Shown here: in pieces, positions 28,298 through 37,957 of the stretch | Position numbering within the stretch: the first letter of the stretch is position 1 | How the letters are laid out: each line of letters opens with the position of its first letter | From: Acidobacteriota bacterium | GTDB lineage: Bacteria > Acidobacteriota > UBA890 | Assembly: GCA_965216935.1 (NCBI GenBank) | Contig: OZ244217.1 | Location: 1,018,316 to 1,082,315 of the forward strand | Reading direction: 5' to 3' | Length of the DNA: 64,000 bases | Program-made: the position numbers and the translations under genes | Notes under the pieces: generated by a model | The model's database searches: none | What the model saw: only the letters and a program-made list of their open reading frames with translations | What the model was told of the DNA's origin: nothing

Positions 28298-29874
28298 GCA
28301 AGTGCCAGCTCCATCCGTTCACCGAGGCCACGCACCGGTGCACCGGCTGTGAGCGGCCGCTGTGCGAGGAGTGCGGCACCCGGCTGAGCTATTGCGGGGC
28401 ATGCGGCGCCCCGGTGGTGCGCGAGGGCGAGGAGGCACCCGAGCACTGGTTCGACGAGCTGTTCGAGAAGGTCTCGCTACGCACCGGGGAGGGCGACCTG
28501 TTCGCCTTCGTCATGCTGCACGTCGTGGTTCCCGCCGCCATCATCGGGATGGTCTATGCCTTCCTCTTCTACCTCCTGCTGGTGCGCTCGATCTTTTTCG
28601 GCAATACCGGCGTGCTGCAGTGGGTCGGGTTCCTTTTCATCTTCGCCACCGTGCTGACGGCGCGGTACGGCCGGACGCGGGGAGACAAGGCGACGCAGGC
28701 CCTGTATTCGATCGTGCTGTTCGCCGCGACGAGTATGGCGATGGTCACCCGCTCGCCGACCACCGCGTCGGCCGTCGCGAACATCGTCATGCTCGGCGTC
28801 GTCTGGCTGTACGCCACCGGGGTGACGCTGGCGCTCAGCCTGGAGGGCAAAGGCGAGACGTCGACGCGCGGGGCGGTGGCACCGGTCGTCGGCCTCGGTG
28901 TGCTCGCCATGCTGGTGTTCGCCGCCGGCGAGCCGTTCATGCTCAACGCCAGCCCGGAGATCGCCATCCAGGCGATTCTGGCGATCATCTCGTTCCTGCT
29001 GTTCACCGGTGTGGCGTTGGCCGCGGCGTCGACCGTGTCGCAGGCGCGCCGCGCATATCGCACGGGGGGCGACGTCTCCCTCGGGGTGATCCGGCAGCGC
29101 ATTGGTGCGGCTGCACTGGTCGTGCTGCTCGTCATCGGCCTCGGGTTGGCGATCCCCGGGGTCGAGTATTCCGGGAGCGGCAGGCTGGAGCTGGCCCCCG
29201 ACGACCTGCTGCAGCAACGCCGCATGCAACGTGGCTACGACGCGACGGCCGGAGCTCTCGGCGAGGCGCTGGCAGGTGGGCTGCCGTGGGGCTGGTTGTC
29301 GGGCTTCGAGTCGCTGACACGGAGCTCCGGGCAGGGAGCGGCGGCGTTCGCCGCGGTTCGGTTCCTGCAGTTTTTCGGCCTGATGGTCGCGCTTCTGGTC
29401 GTAGTTGCGGCCGTGGGCCTGGCGGTGCGGCAACGGGCGGACGTGTTCGGCCGGTTGGCGCCGGGTGTCCGGCGGGTCCTCGATTGGCTGCAGGCCCGCC
29501 TGGCCCGGAGCTTGCCGTCGTGGCCGAGGCGAGGTGGCGGCACCCGCGAGCAGCGAATCACCGATCCGTTTGCCGGGCTCGACGCGCTTGGGGCGCGGCC
29601 GGCGCGGGAAGCCGTGATGGAGGTCTACGTGCGCTCGACGGTCCTCCTCGAAGGCCTGGGGTACCCGCGGCCCGCCGCGGCAACGCCCTTCGACCTGCTC
29701 GGCGCCTTGCCCGATCGCCTCGCCTACCTCGGCGACCCGCTGCGCGATATCACCGGGTTGTATGTCCGGGCGGCGTACAGCAACGAGGAGATGCGCCCGG
29801 CCGATCGCGACGGCGCGCTTGCCACGCTGCGGACCTTGCGCGACCGGATCTCGGAGCGAACCGACGATGCGTGA
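28294..29874 (+). CDS. Polytopic membrane protein with an N-terminal zinc-ribbon and a C-terminal DUF4129-like domain
   Basis: The ATG at 28294 overlaps the upstream stop (ATGA). A Cys4 cluster CTGCERPLCEECGTRLSYCGACG is followed by multiple hydrophobic helices. The C-terminus DPFAGLDALGARPAREAVMEVYVRSTVLLEGLGYPRPAAATPFDLL... resembles DUF4129, which often follows MoxR/DUF58. The upstream part of the 27037..29874 ORF is rejected. Confidence 0.65.
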   Translation: MSKCQLHPFTEATHRCTGCERPLCEECGTRLSYCGACGAPVVREGEEAPEHWFDELFEKVSLRTGEGDLFAFVMLHVVVPAAIIGMVYAFLFYLLLVRSIFFGNTGVLQWVGFLFIFATVLTARYGRTRGDKATQALYSIVLFAATSMAMVTRSPTTASAVANIVMLGVVWLYATGVTLALSLEGKGETSTRGAVAPVVGLGVLAMLVFAAGEPFMLNASPEIAIQAILAIISFLLFTGVALAAASTVSQARRAYRTGGDVSLGVIRQRIGAAALVVLLVIGLGLAIPGVEYSGSGRLELAPDDLLQQRRMQRGYDATAGALGEALAGGLPWGWLSGFESLTRSSGQGAAAFAAVRFLQFFGLMVALLVVVAAVGLAVRQRADVFGRLAPGVRRVLDWLQARLARSLPSWPRRGGGTREQRITDPFAGLDALGARPAREAVMEVYVRSTVLLEGLGYPRPAAATPFDLLGALPDRLAYLGDPLRDITGLYVRAAYSNEEMRPADRDGALATLRTLRDRISERTDDA

Positions 29875-31258
29875 GCCCGCGATGCGACGGTTCCTTGCCG
29901 GCCTGGCCATCCTCGGGTTGGTCGTGTCTGCAATGGGGTGCGACATCGACACCGACTTCGCCGACAACCTGGTCGATCAGACGGCCGACCGTAACCGGCG
30001 CCGGGCGTTGGAGATGCAGCGCCGGGAGCTGCCGCTCCCGGACCCGGACGAGATCGACTACATCGCCGTGATTCCCGAACAGATCGAGCCGACGGAGGAT
30101 TTCGTGGTCAGCTTCGTCGACGACCTGGTCGTCGGCGACGACGAGGACGAGCCGAAGGCGTTGTTCACCACGTTCATCGGTCGGGCCTCGGCGCTCGGCA
30201 ACGTCGCTGTCGGTGCCGACGGCCGCATCTATGTCCTCGAGACGCGTTCCGACGAGGTGCGTGTCTTCGATCCCGAGGGCGGCTTCCTGTTCGCGTTCGG
30301 GCAGCCGGGCGAAGGTCCGGGGGACTTCAACGCGCCGTTCGGGTTGAACCTCGCCGGCGACCGGGTGCACGTGCACCATCGTCGCTTCTATTCCAGCATC
30401 TGGGATTTGGAAGGGAACTTCCTCCGCGACCGGCAGACCCTTCGGACCCCCGAGGCGCTCGAGGCCGAACGTCTCGATGCGTCCAGCAGCGGAACGAACG
30501 CCACGAGCGCGTCCGAAGCGCGGCGGCGCGACCTGGCGCAGCGATTCCGAACGCCCTCATGGGTGCACGGTCGCCCCGACGGTTCGATGGTGATGGTGAC
30601 CCATGCCCGGCCGTCGGAGAGCCGCGGACGCATCGCGACATCGTACGTCGTGGTCGTCGGGCGCTACGAGGACGGGGCCGAGGCGCAGCGTTACCTCGAG
30701 GCGCCCGATTGGGCTACGCCGTCCGTGGCGGTCGCCCCGGACGGCGGCGTCTACGTGGCGTTGTTCGGTCACCTCCGTACCGAGTACTACCTGCTGTCTC
30801 TCGACCCCGCCGGGGAGCCGCGCTGGGTGTTGACGATTCCTTGGGACACGGACACGCCGCCTCGAGCCGACCTGCGTGTCGACGAGCAGGGACGGCTGTT
30901 CGTCATGCCGAACTTTCTCCTCCCGGCCGAGCTCTTCGCCCCGAAGACGGCGGAGGGTGCCGCCGAAGCGAAAGACGATCTTCGCGATGCGTTCACCGGG
31001 GGTGTCACCGGAGAGACCCTTCGGGCCGTGGGCATTCGCCCTCCGGTTCAGGTCTACTCCCGCGATGGCGAGATCATCGGCTCCGGATACCTCGATCGTT
31101 ACCCGACGCACCTTCACTGGCAGACTGCTGCCGGCGATCGCGTCTATGGCGTACGGGTGAATCCGGATTCGGGCGAGTGGGAGGTGGTTCGCTACCGGTT
31201 GGAGGCGCGCCGCGAGCGGCCCGACGCCGATCCCGGGCTGGACTTCCCGGAGCGCTGA
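29867..31258 (+). CDS. NHL-repeat / 6-bladed beta-propeller lipoprotein
   Basis: The ATG at 29867 overlaps the previous gene by 8 nt. The N-terminus MRRFLAGLAILGLVVSAMGCDID is lipoprotein-like. The NHL-like repeats are GRIYVLETRSDEVRVFDPEGGFLFAFGQPGEGPGDFNAPFGLNLAGDRVHV. Confidence 0.65.
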   Translation: MREPAMRRFLAGLAILGLVVSAMGCDIDTDFADNLVDQTADRNRRRALEMQRRELPLPDPDEIDYIAVIPEQIEPTEDFVVSFVDDLVVGDDEDEPKALFTTFIGRASALGNVAVGADGRIYVLETRSDEVRVFDPEGGFLFAFGQPGEGPGDFNAPFGLNLAGDRVHVHHRRFYSSIWDLEGNFLRDRQTLRTPEALEAERLDASSSGTNATSASEARRRDLAQRFRTPSWVHGRPDGSMVMVTHARPSESRGRIATSYVVVVGRYEDGAEAQRYLEAPDWATPSVAVAPDGGVYVALFGHLRTEYYLLSLDPAGEPRWVLTIPWDTDTPPRADLRVDEQGRLFVMPNFLLPAELFAPKTAEGAAEAKDDLRDAFTGGVTGETLRAVGIRPPVQVYSRDGEIIGSGYLDRYPTHLHWQTAAGDRVYGVRVNPDSGEWEVVRYRLEARRERPDADPGLDFPER

Positions 31259-31485
31259 TCTCCGGAATCCCGCGCCCGCCCACCCGGAAGGCGAAGCATC
31301 TATCTTTCGACGCTGTGCCCCGGTGCCCTCTCGCGCAACCGAGACGCCCGGAGTAGGCTTCCGGCGCTGGTTCTCATCGAGCCGAACGGCCGGTGACCGG
31401 CGTGTGTGGAAGCGCGCCCGGGCGTGGGCGAGGCCGGAGGCGCCACCGGGCAACGGCGGGGTCGAGGCCGCAACGAGGGAGGCGG

Positions 31486-33024
31486 GACGTGTCGGGAACC
31501 GAAGAGCGCCATCCGAACGGCAGGCTTCACGGCGGCCTCCATCTCGCCATCCGGGTCGGCGTTACGTCGGCCTGCCTCGCGGGCGTCATGGCCATCGTGG
31601 CCCCCGCGGGTGTGCAGGGTAGCGCGGATCTCGCGGGCGCCACCGGTTTCGTAGGCGTTACCGGCGTTGCCGAAGCCCAGCAGCGTCCCGACTACTGCGC
31701 CGTGGAGACACCCGGCGCGCGGGTGGAGATCGTCCGGCCCGGCGACGATGAGCCGCCGATCGACGACGTCAACTGGTTTGCTCGCCCGGTGCCGAATGTC
31801 GAAGGCGATCTGATCATCGGCTTCGCCAGCCACGATGAGAACTACCTCTACAACCTGACCCGTGGCGCCAGGATCCGCATCCCCGACGCGTCGGACGCCG
31901 TGGCGACACCCGACGGTCGCTACATGACGGTGCCCGGCAACTACACGCCGGACGGCACGGTGCGTTTCTACGACCTGCCCGAGCTTCTCGATGCTTTGCG
32001 CCGCGGTGAAGACGCAGCAGGCGCCGAGCCGGTGTTCGTCCACCGGGACGAGACGCTCCGCGGCGCCTATTACCAATCGGTCGGCGTGGTCGGAGGCGCG
32101 GAGGCGCCGCGGGCGTCGCTCGATCCGGTCCACCACACGACCTACCGGATGATCTTCTCCGGGAATCCCGACCCGACGGGTTTCCGCATGGTCGACTACG
32201 AGTTCTCGCGCACGGAGGCGGGCCTGCAGGTGACGCCGAGCGCGCCGATGAAGATCTGTCCCGCCTTGGTGCGCAACGACTTCAACACGCCGTTCATCTC
32301 CAAGGACGGGCGCTACGTCGCCGCCTACACGAGCTCACGGCCGGACCGCGCCTACACCGATGGCTCCTCGCTGCGGATCTTCGAGATTACCGGCACCGAT
32401 CCGGGCGCCGGCACGTCGATGTGCGTGGAGCGGGTAGATTTCGGCTTTCCCGCCGGAAAGGCCGACTTCAGCTTCGATGGGGACTATCTGACGTTTCACA
32501 TCGCCCAGAGCCGCTACCTGGTGCCGTTCGTCAACGGTGGCCTCGATGCCCCGGTCATGACCGATGTCGTGGTTGCGGAGCTCGAGCGGGATGCCGGCGG
32601 CAGCATCGTCGGATACGGCGATTTGGCGCGGGTCACGACCTCGCAGACCGGCGGGGTCGGCAGCTACTTTCCGGCGTTCTTTCCCGACGGGCGGCTCTTC
32701 TACATTCACAACGAGCAGCCGAAACAGAGCGAGGGCGAAAAGCGGTTCCATTTCGTCGTGGTCGAGCCGGCGGCGGAGCTCTACATCGCCAATCTGTTCG
32801 CCGATCCCGAGGCGGCGGCCGCCGCCGGGAGCATCGGTCGTATGTGGCACGCGGCCTGCACGCCGGGCGACCCGCCGTTGACGGATGTCGAAGCTCCCTG
32901 GCTCTTGATGAGCCTCAGCCAGCCGCAGTGCACCGCGCTGGTGCGCGACAACTGGAAGGGGCCGGACGCCGAGGCGAGCTACCTGGAAAGCTCCTGCGCG
33001 AAGCTGTCGATGAACTCCAGGTAG
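31486..33024 (+). CDS. Hypothetical secreted protein, beta-propeller-like
   Basis: A GTG at 31486 gives a signal-like LHLAIRVGVTSACLAGVMAIVAPAGVQG. There are TolB/PD40-like repeats (ISKDGRYVAAY, FFPDGRLFYIH). The start is uncertain (ORF track 31393). Confidence 0.5.
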   Translation, partial: DVSGTEERHPNGRLHGGLHLAIRVGVTSACLAGVMAIVAPAGVQGSADLAGATGFVGVTGVAEAQQRPDYCAVETPGARVEIVRPGDDEPPIDDVNWFARPVPNVEGDLIIGFASHDENYLYNLTRGARIRIPDASDAVATPDGRYMTVPGNYTPDGTVRFYDLPELLDALRRGEDAAGAEPVFVHRDETLRGAYYQSVGVVGGAEAPRASLDPVHHTTYRMIFSGNPDPTGFRMVDYEFSRTEAGLQVTPSAPMKICPALVRNDFNTPFISKDGRYVAAYTSSRPDRAYTDGSSLRIFEITGTDPGAGTSMCVERVDFGFPAGKADFSFDGDYLTFHIAQSRYLVPFVNGGLDAPVMTDVVVAELERDAGGSIVGYGDLARVTTSQTGGVGSYFPAFFPDGRLFYIHNEQPKQSEGEKRFHFVVVEPAAELYIANLFADPEAAAAAGSIGRMWHAACTPGDPPLTDVEAPWLLMSLSQPQCTALVRDNWKGPDAEASYLESSCAKLSMNSR

Positions 33025-33776
33025 CCCTCGACCGCGCGGGCTCCGGGGAGCACGGGGCCGACGAGCTTTCCGCGCCCGAACAGCTGCACCGACGGGGCGT
33101 GCCCGGTGAAGCCGCGGAACAGCAACTCCACGGAGGCGACCGGGCGCAGTGCGGCAGGGGGGAGCCCGGCGGATTCGGCCGCCGTGCGAGCGAAGGAGAT
33201 ATCGGATGCCGGGTCCAGCACCGGGATCAGGTCGAGATCCCGAGCGTCCGCCGCGGCGGTAATCGCGCCGAACGCCTCGACGGAGAACCGCATGTGCGGC
33301 GACCACAAGTAGAAGACGCCGGGGCGCCCGTCGCCGATCGCGGCCTCGAGGGCCTCGTCGGTGAGGCCGCGCGCGATGGTGTCGGGGGAGAAGGGTCCTG
33401 TTTCCGATCGGCTGATCGGTGCGCAGGAGGAACCCCAGCGGACGCGCTCGACGCCGTCCGCCTCCACCCGGGACGCTTCGATCTCGCCGCTTTCCGTTGC
33501 GGTCAGCGTCAGCCAGGCCCCGCGTCGCGATGTTCGGACCCGATACGAGGCTGCGTGCGATCCCGCCAGGGGCGCGGCGCTCGTCGCGATCTCCGCTGCC
33601 GCCCGCGCTCTCAGCCAGGCGAGAGCTTGTTCGCCGCAGCGAGCGCTTGCGGTGATGTCCGTGATCGGGATCTGTCGAAGGCCCGCGTCCTGTGATTCGT
33701 TGTCCGGGGAGGTGAAGCCGAAAAGCACCGTACCCGACACCAGGGCGATGCACACGTGCCGGAGCCGACGGGTCAT
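32979..33776 (-). CDS. Hypothetical protein
   Basis: The start overlaps the ankyrin gene stop by 4 nt on the same strand, suggesting translational coupling. It has a hydrophobic N-terminus. There is a 46-nt convergent overlap with the 31486..33024 ORF. Confidence 0.45.
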   Translation of the reverse strand: MTRRLRHVCIALVSGTVLFGFTSPDNESQDAGLRQIPITDITASARCGEQALAWLRARAAAEIATSAAPLAGSHAASYRVRTSRRGAWLTLTATESGEIEASRVEADGVERVRWGSSCAPISRSETGPFSPDTIARGLTDEALEAAIGDGRPGVFYLWSPHMRFSVEAFGAITAAADARDLDLIPVLDPASDISFARTAAESAGLPPAALRPVASVELLFRGFTGHAPSVQLFGRGKLVGPVLPGARAVEGYLEFIDSFAQELSR

Positions 33777-34552
33777 GAGTCGTTTGCCGGCGGTTCGGCG
33801 GCGCCGCCGTCCAGGAGCTCGATGAGCTCGCTTGGTCCACCCGAACGGGCGAGGTCGAGCGGCGTCAAGCCGTCCTCGTTGCGAACAGCCGGATCGGCGC
33901 CCGCTGCCAGCAGGAGCCCGGCGAGGTCCGCCCGCTGCAGCCTCGCGGCGTGGTGCAGCGGCGTCATCCCTTGGTTGTCGGCCCGATGCGGATCGGCGCC
34001 GGCGTCCAGCAGCAGCTGTGTCATGGCGAGGTCGCCGGCGTTGATCGCGATGCTCAACGCCGTCTGGTGACCATAGGTGTAGTTGGTATCGGCACCGTGA
34101 GTTTCCACCAGGCGGCTCGCCAGTTGAACCTGGCCGTGCTGAGCCGCCGTCATCAGCGCCGATGCCCGGTTGCCCCCCGGTGGGTCCACCGCAACGCCGG
34201 CCTCGAGCACACGGGCGAGCAGGTCGATGTTGCCGGCGCGGGCGATGCTGTTGAGCGATGCGGAGCGGATGTCGGCGCCGGCCGCAACCAGAGCGTCGAA
34301 GACTTCATTGCCCCGGCAATCCGCCACCTGCAGCGCCGTCACCCCGGCGGAACTCCGTGCCTTCGCCACGGCACCGGCCTCGAGCAGCAGCGCGACCAGC
34401 TCGAGGTCCCCTTGCCGCGCGGCGCTCATCAGAGGCGTGAAGCCGAAGTCGTCGGAGGACGTATTCGGGTGGGCGCCCTCGGCGATCGCCCTTTTCGCGC
34501 GGCGGATGTCGCCCTTGTTGCAGGCGTCCAGCAGCTCTTCGTCAGGGTTCAT
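33773..34552 (-). CDS. Ankyrin repeat protein
   Basis: There are about 7 ankyrin repeats with the characteristic G-TPLH-AA-G-LVALLLEAGAD pattern (GFTPLMSAARQGDLELVALLLEAGA, GMTPLHHAARLQRADLAGLLLAAGADP). Confidence 0.8.
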   Translation of the reverse strand: MNPDEELLDACNKGDIRRAKRAIAEGAHPNTSSDDFGFTPLMSAARQGDLELVALLLEAGAVAKARSSAGVTALQVADCRGNEVFDALVAAGADIRSASLNSIARAGNIDLLARVLEAGVAVDPPGGNRASALMTAAQHGQVQLASRLVETHGADTNYTYGHQTALSIAINAGDLAMTQLLLDAGADPHRADNQGMTPLHHAARLQRADLAGLLLAAGADPAVRNEDGLTPLDLARSGGPSELIELLDGGAAEPPANDS

Positions 34553-34626
34553 GGCGGTCTATACCGAACTTCCGCACACGCTTGATTGCGGCGTGCGCCG
34601 GGTGCCGGCGCACCGGGGGAGGCGGC

Positions 34627-35067
34627 CTACACCAGGTCGTGTTCTTCGAGGAGGCGTCGAGCGCGTGCCAGCCCGACGATCTCCGCCAGCCGCCGGGCTT
34701 CGAGCGTGGCCGCCTCGTGCCCGGCTTGGGTAATCCGATAGTACCGTCGGCGCTCATCGTCCTCTTCCGTTGCCGGGCGTTTCGACGATACGTCGATCAG
34801 TCCGTCGTTACGCAGGCGCTTGATCGAACGGTACAGGGTCCCGGGGGGCAGGCGCATCTCTCCGCGCGTGGCCGCCTCGACGAACTGCATGATGCCGTAG
34901 CCGTGGCGTTCGCCGTCGGCGAGCGCCATCAGGATGTGGAACATCGCCGGCGTCAGCTCGATGCGCGCCCTCGCGTCCTCGCGACGACCGCTCGTGTCGC
35001 CGCTGCCCGGGTGATCGCTTTTCGGCCGTTTGTCGTCGCTGGGCGTCATGGCCACCTCCTCCGTCAT
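34627..35067 (-). CDS. PadR family transcriptional regulator
   Basis: The winged-HTH PadR signature is MFHILMALADGERHGYGIMQFVE...GTLYRSIKRLRNDGLI. Its start overlaps the stop of the upstream permease by 4 nt. Confidence 0.8.
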   Translation of the reverse strand: MTEEVAMTPSDDKRPKSDHPGSGDTSGRREDARARIELTPAMFHILMALADGERHGYGIMQFVEAATRGEMRLPPGTLYRSIKRLRNDGLIDVSSKRPATEEDDERRRYYRITQAGHEAATLEARRLAEIVGLARARRLLEEHDLV

Positions 35068-37925
35068 TCCGTTCGCAGTGCTCGGGACGGATCCGCAGCC
35101 GTGGCTCGCCGGGCCGGGATTCCGATCGCCGCCAGGCCGACGAGGGCCGTCGCCAGGACGGTCGCCGTCAGGGTCATCGGGTCGTGCGGTTCCACTTCGA
35201 AGAGGAAGCCGGCAATCAGGCCCCCCGCCGCCAGGCTCAGCAGGACGCCGCCGACGATGCCGATGAGCAGCGGCGTGGCCGCGGTTCGAAGGACCAGCCG
35301 CAGGAGGTCGGCGCGCCGGGCGCCCAAGGCCATGCGTATGCCGAGCTCGCGCGTTCGGCGAGCGACGTTGAAGGCCACCACCCCGTAGATACCGACCGCC
35401 GCGAGAACCAGGGACACCAGGCTGAACAGCCCCAGCAGCGTCGCCCCCATCTGTTGCGAGCGGGTCTGCTCACCCATGTGGTCGGTCCACGTGCGGATGT
35501 TCGACAGCGGTACGGCTGGGTCGATGCCCTCCACCTGCGCCGCCACGGCCGCCGCGATGGTTGCCGGGTTCGAGCTCGTGCGCACCGCCAGGCGGCGGGA
35601 GCCGACGCTACCGTCGAAGAACAACGGCGCATAGATGTAGGGGAACGGGTCCTCTTCGAGGCGGCGCATCTTCGTCGTCGCGGCTACGCCCACCACTTCG
35701 AATTCGCTGCTACGGCCCAGGCGGAGGCGCTTCCCGAGTGGGTTCTCGCCGGGCCAGTAGCGCTCCGCCAGGAAGGCGTTGACCACCACCTCGCGCGAGT
35801 CCGGCCGTGTGTCCGGCGCCCGACCGCGTTGGAGCGCAATGCCGATGGTCTCGAAGTACGAGTCCGAGATCACGTTCATGTGAATGGATTGCACCCGGCT
35901 CTCGTCCGCGGCCGGCACGTAGCCTTCGACCAGCACGTCTTCCACGTACCCGCGGGACTCCACCGGTACGGCGTTCGACCAGCTGACCGATTCGACGCCC
36001 GGAAGGGCGCTGATGCCCTCGTCGACCTGCCGGTAGAACGATTCGGCCCGGGCGACGTCGTAGCCCTGTGCGCCGAGCCGGATGTCGGCCACCAGGACGG
36101 TTCCCGCGTCGAACCCGAGGTCGGTGACGGTCGCGTTGATCAGGCTGCGGACGAACAGCCCGCCGCCCAGCAGCAACACCAGGGAGAGGGCCACCTGCAC
36201 CGCCACCATCGCGTCGCGCAAGAGAGCGCCCGAGGCGCCGTCGGGCCGCCGCCGGTGCGCCCCGGCCGGGTCCGAGGCCTTCCACGCCGGCAAGGTGCCG
36301 AAAACGACTACGGTGAGGCCGGCGAGCGCCAGGGCCAGCAAGAGCGTTCCGGGTCGCAGTCCGAGGCCGAGCGATGCGATGTCGATTCGCCCCGGCAGCT
36401 GGAAGCGCTGCAGCAGGGCGAACGTCCATGATGCGACCACGACGGCCATCGCACCTCCGCCGGCGGCCAGCAACGCGCTCTCGGTGAGCATCTGGCGCAC
36501 CACCCGGCTGCGGGTCGCGCCCAGCGCCAGGCGCATGCCGAGCTCGCCGCGTCGCTGCTCATTGCGCACCAGCAGCAGGTTGCTGACGTTGACGCAGGCG
36601 ATCAGCAGGGCGGTTCCGACCGTTCCTGCGATCAGCACGATGAATCGCGACAGGTCCTCTCTGCGGGTGATGGTGGCGACCGAGCTCGCCGGCAGCAGCT
36701 CCGAGAACTGCCATTCGCCGTCGGTGCGGGGGTGTTCCTCGGCCAGCTGCTCGCCGATGAGGTTGAGCTCCGCCAACGCCTGCTCGTTCGTCACGCCCGG
36801 CGCCCGGCGCCCCATCATCCGGATCCACCAGGAGTTCCTGTTCTCGAGCTGCCCGGCGCCGCCCTCGGTAAGCAACGGGTGCATGGCAAGGGGGATCCAC
36901 ATTTCCTTGACGTCATTCAATCGCTCACCCTTGAAGCCCGGCGTGGCGACGCCGATCACCGTCAGCGGGTAGCCGTTGACGAGGACCTCGCGGCCGACGA
37001 CGGTCGGGTCGGCGGCGAACTGCCGCTCCCACAATCCGTGGCTGATGACGGCGACCGGAGATGCTCCCGCCCGCGCGTCGTCCGCGGGCTCGATGGTTCG
37101 GCCGACGGCGGCGCCGATGCCCAGGACATCGAAGTAGTTGCCCGACACGAGGACGCCGGAAACCTCGACGACAGCGTCTTCGATACGGAGCGCCATGCGC
37201 CGCCCCATCGTGTCCCAGGCGGCGATGCCCGAGAATGCCCGGGAGCGGTCGCGGAAATCGGTGTAGGCGGGATAGGTCATGATCTGCGAGCCGGGCGACA
37301 GCAGCTCCTCCGGACGCTCGAGCGGCACCGGACGCAACAGCACGGCGTCCACCACGCTGTAGATGGCGACGTTGGCGCCGATGCCGAGGGCGAGGGAGGC
37401 CATCGCTGCGGCGGTCACCCCGGGACGCTGCGCCAGGGTTCGAAGGGCGTAGCGGAAGTCTTGCAGCAGCTGATCGATCATCGATGCGATTGTCTTTCCG
37501 GGGAGGAAGGGCGGGTGGCCACCCACGGGGTTGGGTGTTCCGATCGTGGGGGGGCTGCACTTTTCGGCGTTACCGCGGGCTGCGCGGGCCGATGTACGCT
37601 CGTTCGGATGCGTGTTTCGATGCTCGGCCCGCTCGGCCCGGCGCTCGGCCCGGCGCTCGGCTACGGCCGTGTGCAACAGGTCGGTCAGGCCGACCCACGT
37701 GCAGCGAGCGGCGCCTCGAGCACCACCACGTGCCCGGGCGTCCGCCAGTGCGTCGTCGAACGAGGCCGCCATCTCGGCGCCGTACTCGCGCCGAAAACCC
37801 GTTGGCAGCATCCGCGAGATGGCGCGAAACAGTCCGCCGGCCAGCGTCGCGAAAGCGTGTTTGCCGCGCCGGTTGTCGGGAATGGTTGCAGGCACAGAAT
37901 GATCCACGGTGGATGTATCCACCAT
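35064..37925 (-). CDS. ABC transporter permease with duplicated FtsX/MacB-like domains ('ADOP'-type) and an N-terminal 'permease prefix' domain
   Basis: The N-terminal segment FRREYGAEMAASFDDALADARARGG...WVGLTDLLHTAVAERRAERR matches the permease-prefix architecture. MIDQLLQDFRYALRTLAQRPG begins the MacB-type periplasmic domain. Two FtsX 4-TM modules give 953 aa. Confidence 0.8.
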   Translation of the reverse strand: MVDTSTVDHSVPATIPDNRRGKHAFATLAGGLFRAISRMLPTGFRREYGAEMAASFDDALADARARGGARGAARCTWVGLTDLLHTAVAERRAERRAERAEHRNTHPNERTSARAARGNAEKCSPPTIGTPNPVGGHPPFLPGKTIASMIDQLLQDFRYALRTLAQRPGVTAAAMASLALGIGANVAIYSVVDAVLLRPVPLERPEELLSPGSQIMTYPAYTDFRDRSRAFSGIAAWDTMGRRMALRIEDAVVEVSGVLVSGNYFDVLGIGAAVGRTIEPADDARAGASPVAVISHGLWERQFAADPTVVGREVLVNGYPLTVIGVATPGFKGERLNDVKEMWIPLAMHPLLTEGGAGQLENRNSWWIRMMGRRAPGVTNEQALAELNLIGEQLAEEHPRTDGEWQFSELLPASSVATITRREDLSRFIVLIAGTVGTALLIACVNVSNLLLVRNEQRRGELGMRLALGATRSRVVRQMLTESALLAAGGGAMAVVVASWTFALLQRFQLPGRIDIASLGLGLRPGTLLLALALAGLTVVVFGTLPAWKASDPAGAHRRRPDGASGALLRDAMVAVQVALSLVLLLGGGLFVRSLINATVTDLGFDAGTVLVADIRLGAQGYDVARAESFYRQVDEGISALPGVESVSWSNAVPVESRGYVEDVLVEGYVPAADESRVQSIHMNVISDSYFETIGIALQRGRAPDTRPDSREVVVNAFLAERYWPGENPLGKRLRLGRSSEFEVVGVAATTKMRRLEEDPFPYIYAPLFFDGSVGSRRLAVRTSSNPATIAAAVAAQVEGIDPAVPLSNIRTWTDHMGEQTRSQQMGATLLGLFSLVSLVLAAVGIYGVVAFNVARRTRELGIRMALGARRADLLRLVLRTAATPLLIGIVGGVLLSLAAGGLIAGFLFEVEPHDPMTLTATVLATALVGLAAIGIPARRATAADPSRALRTE

Positions 37926-37957
37926 GGATACATTAGCCGGAAGGCCAGGTCAAGGAC

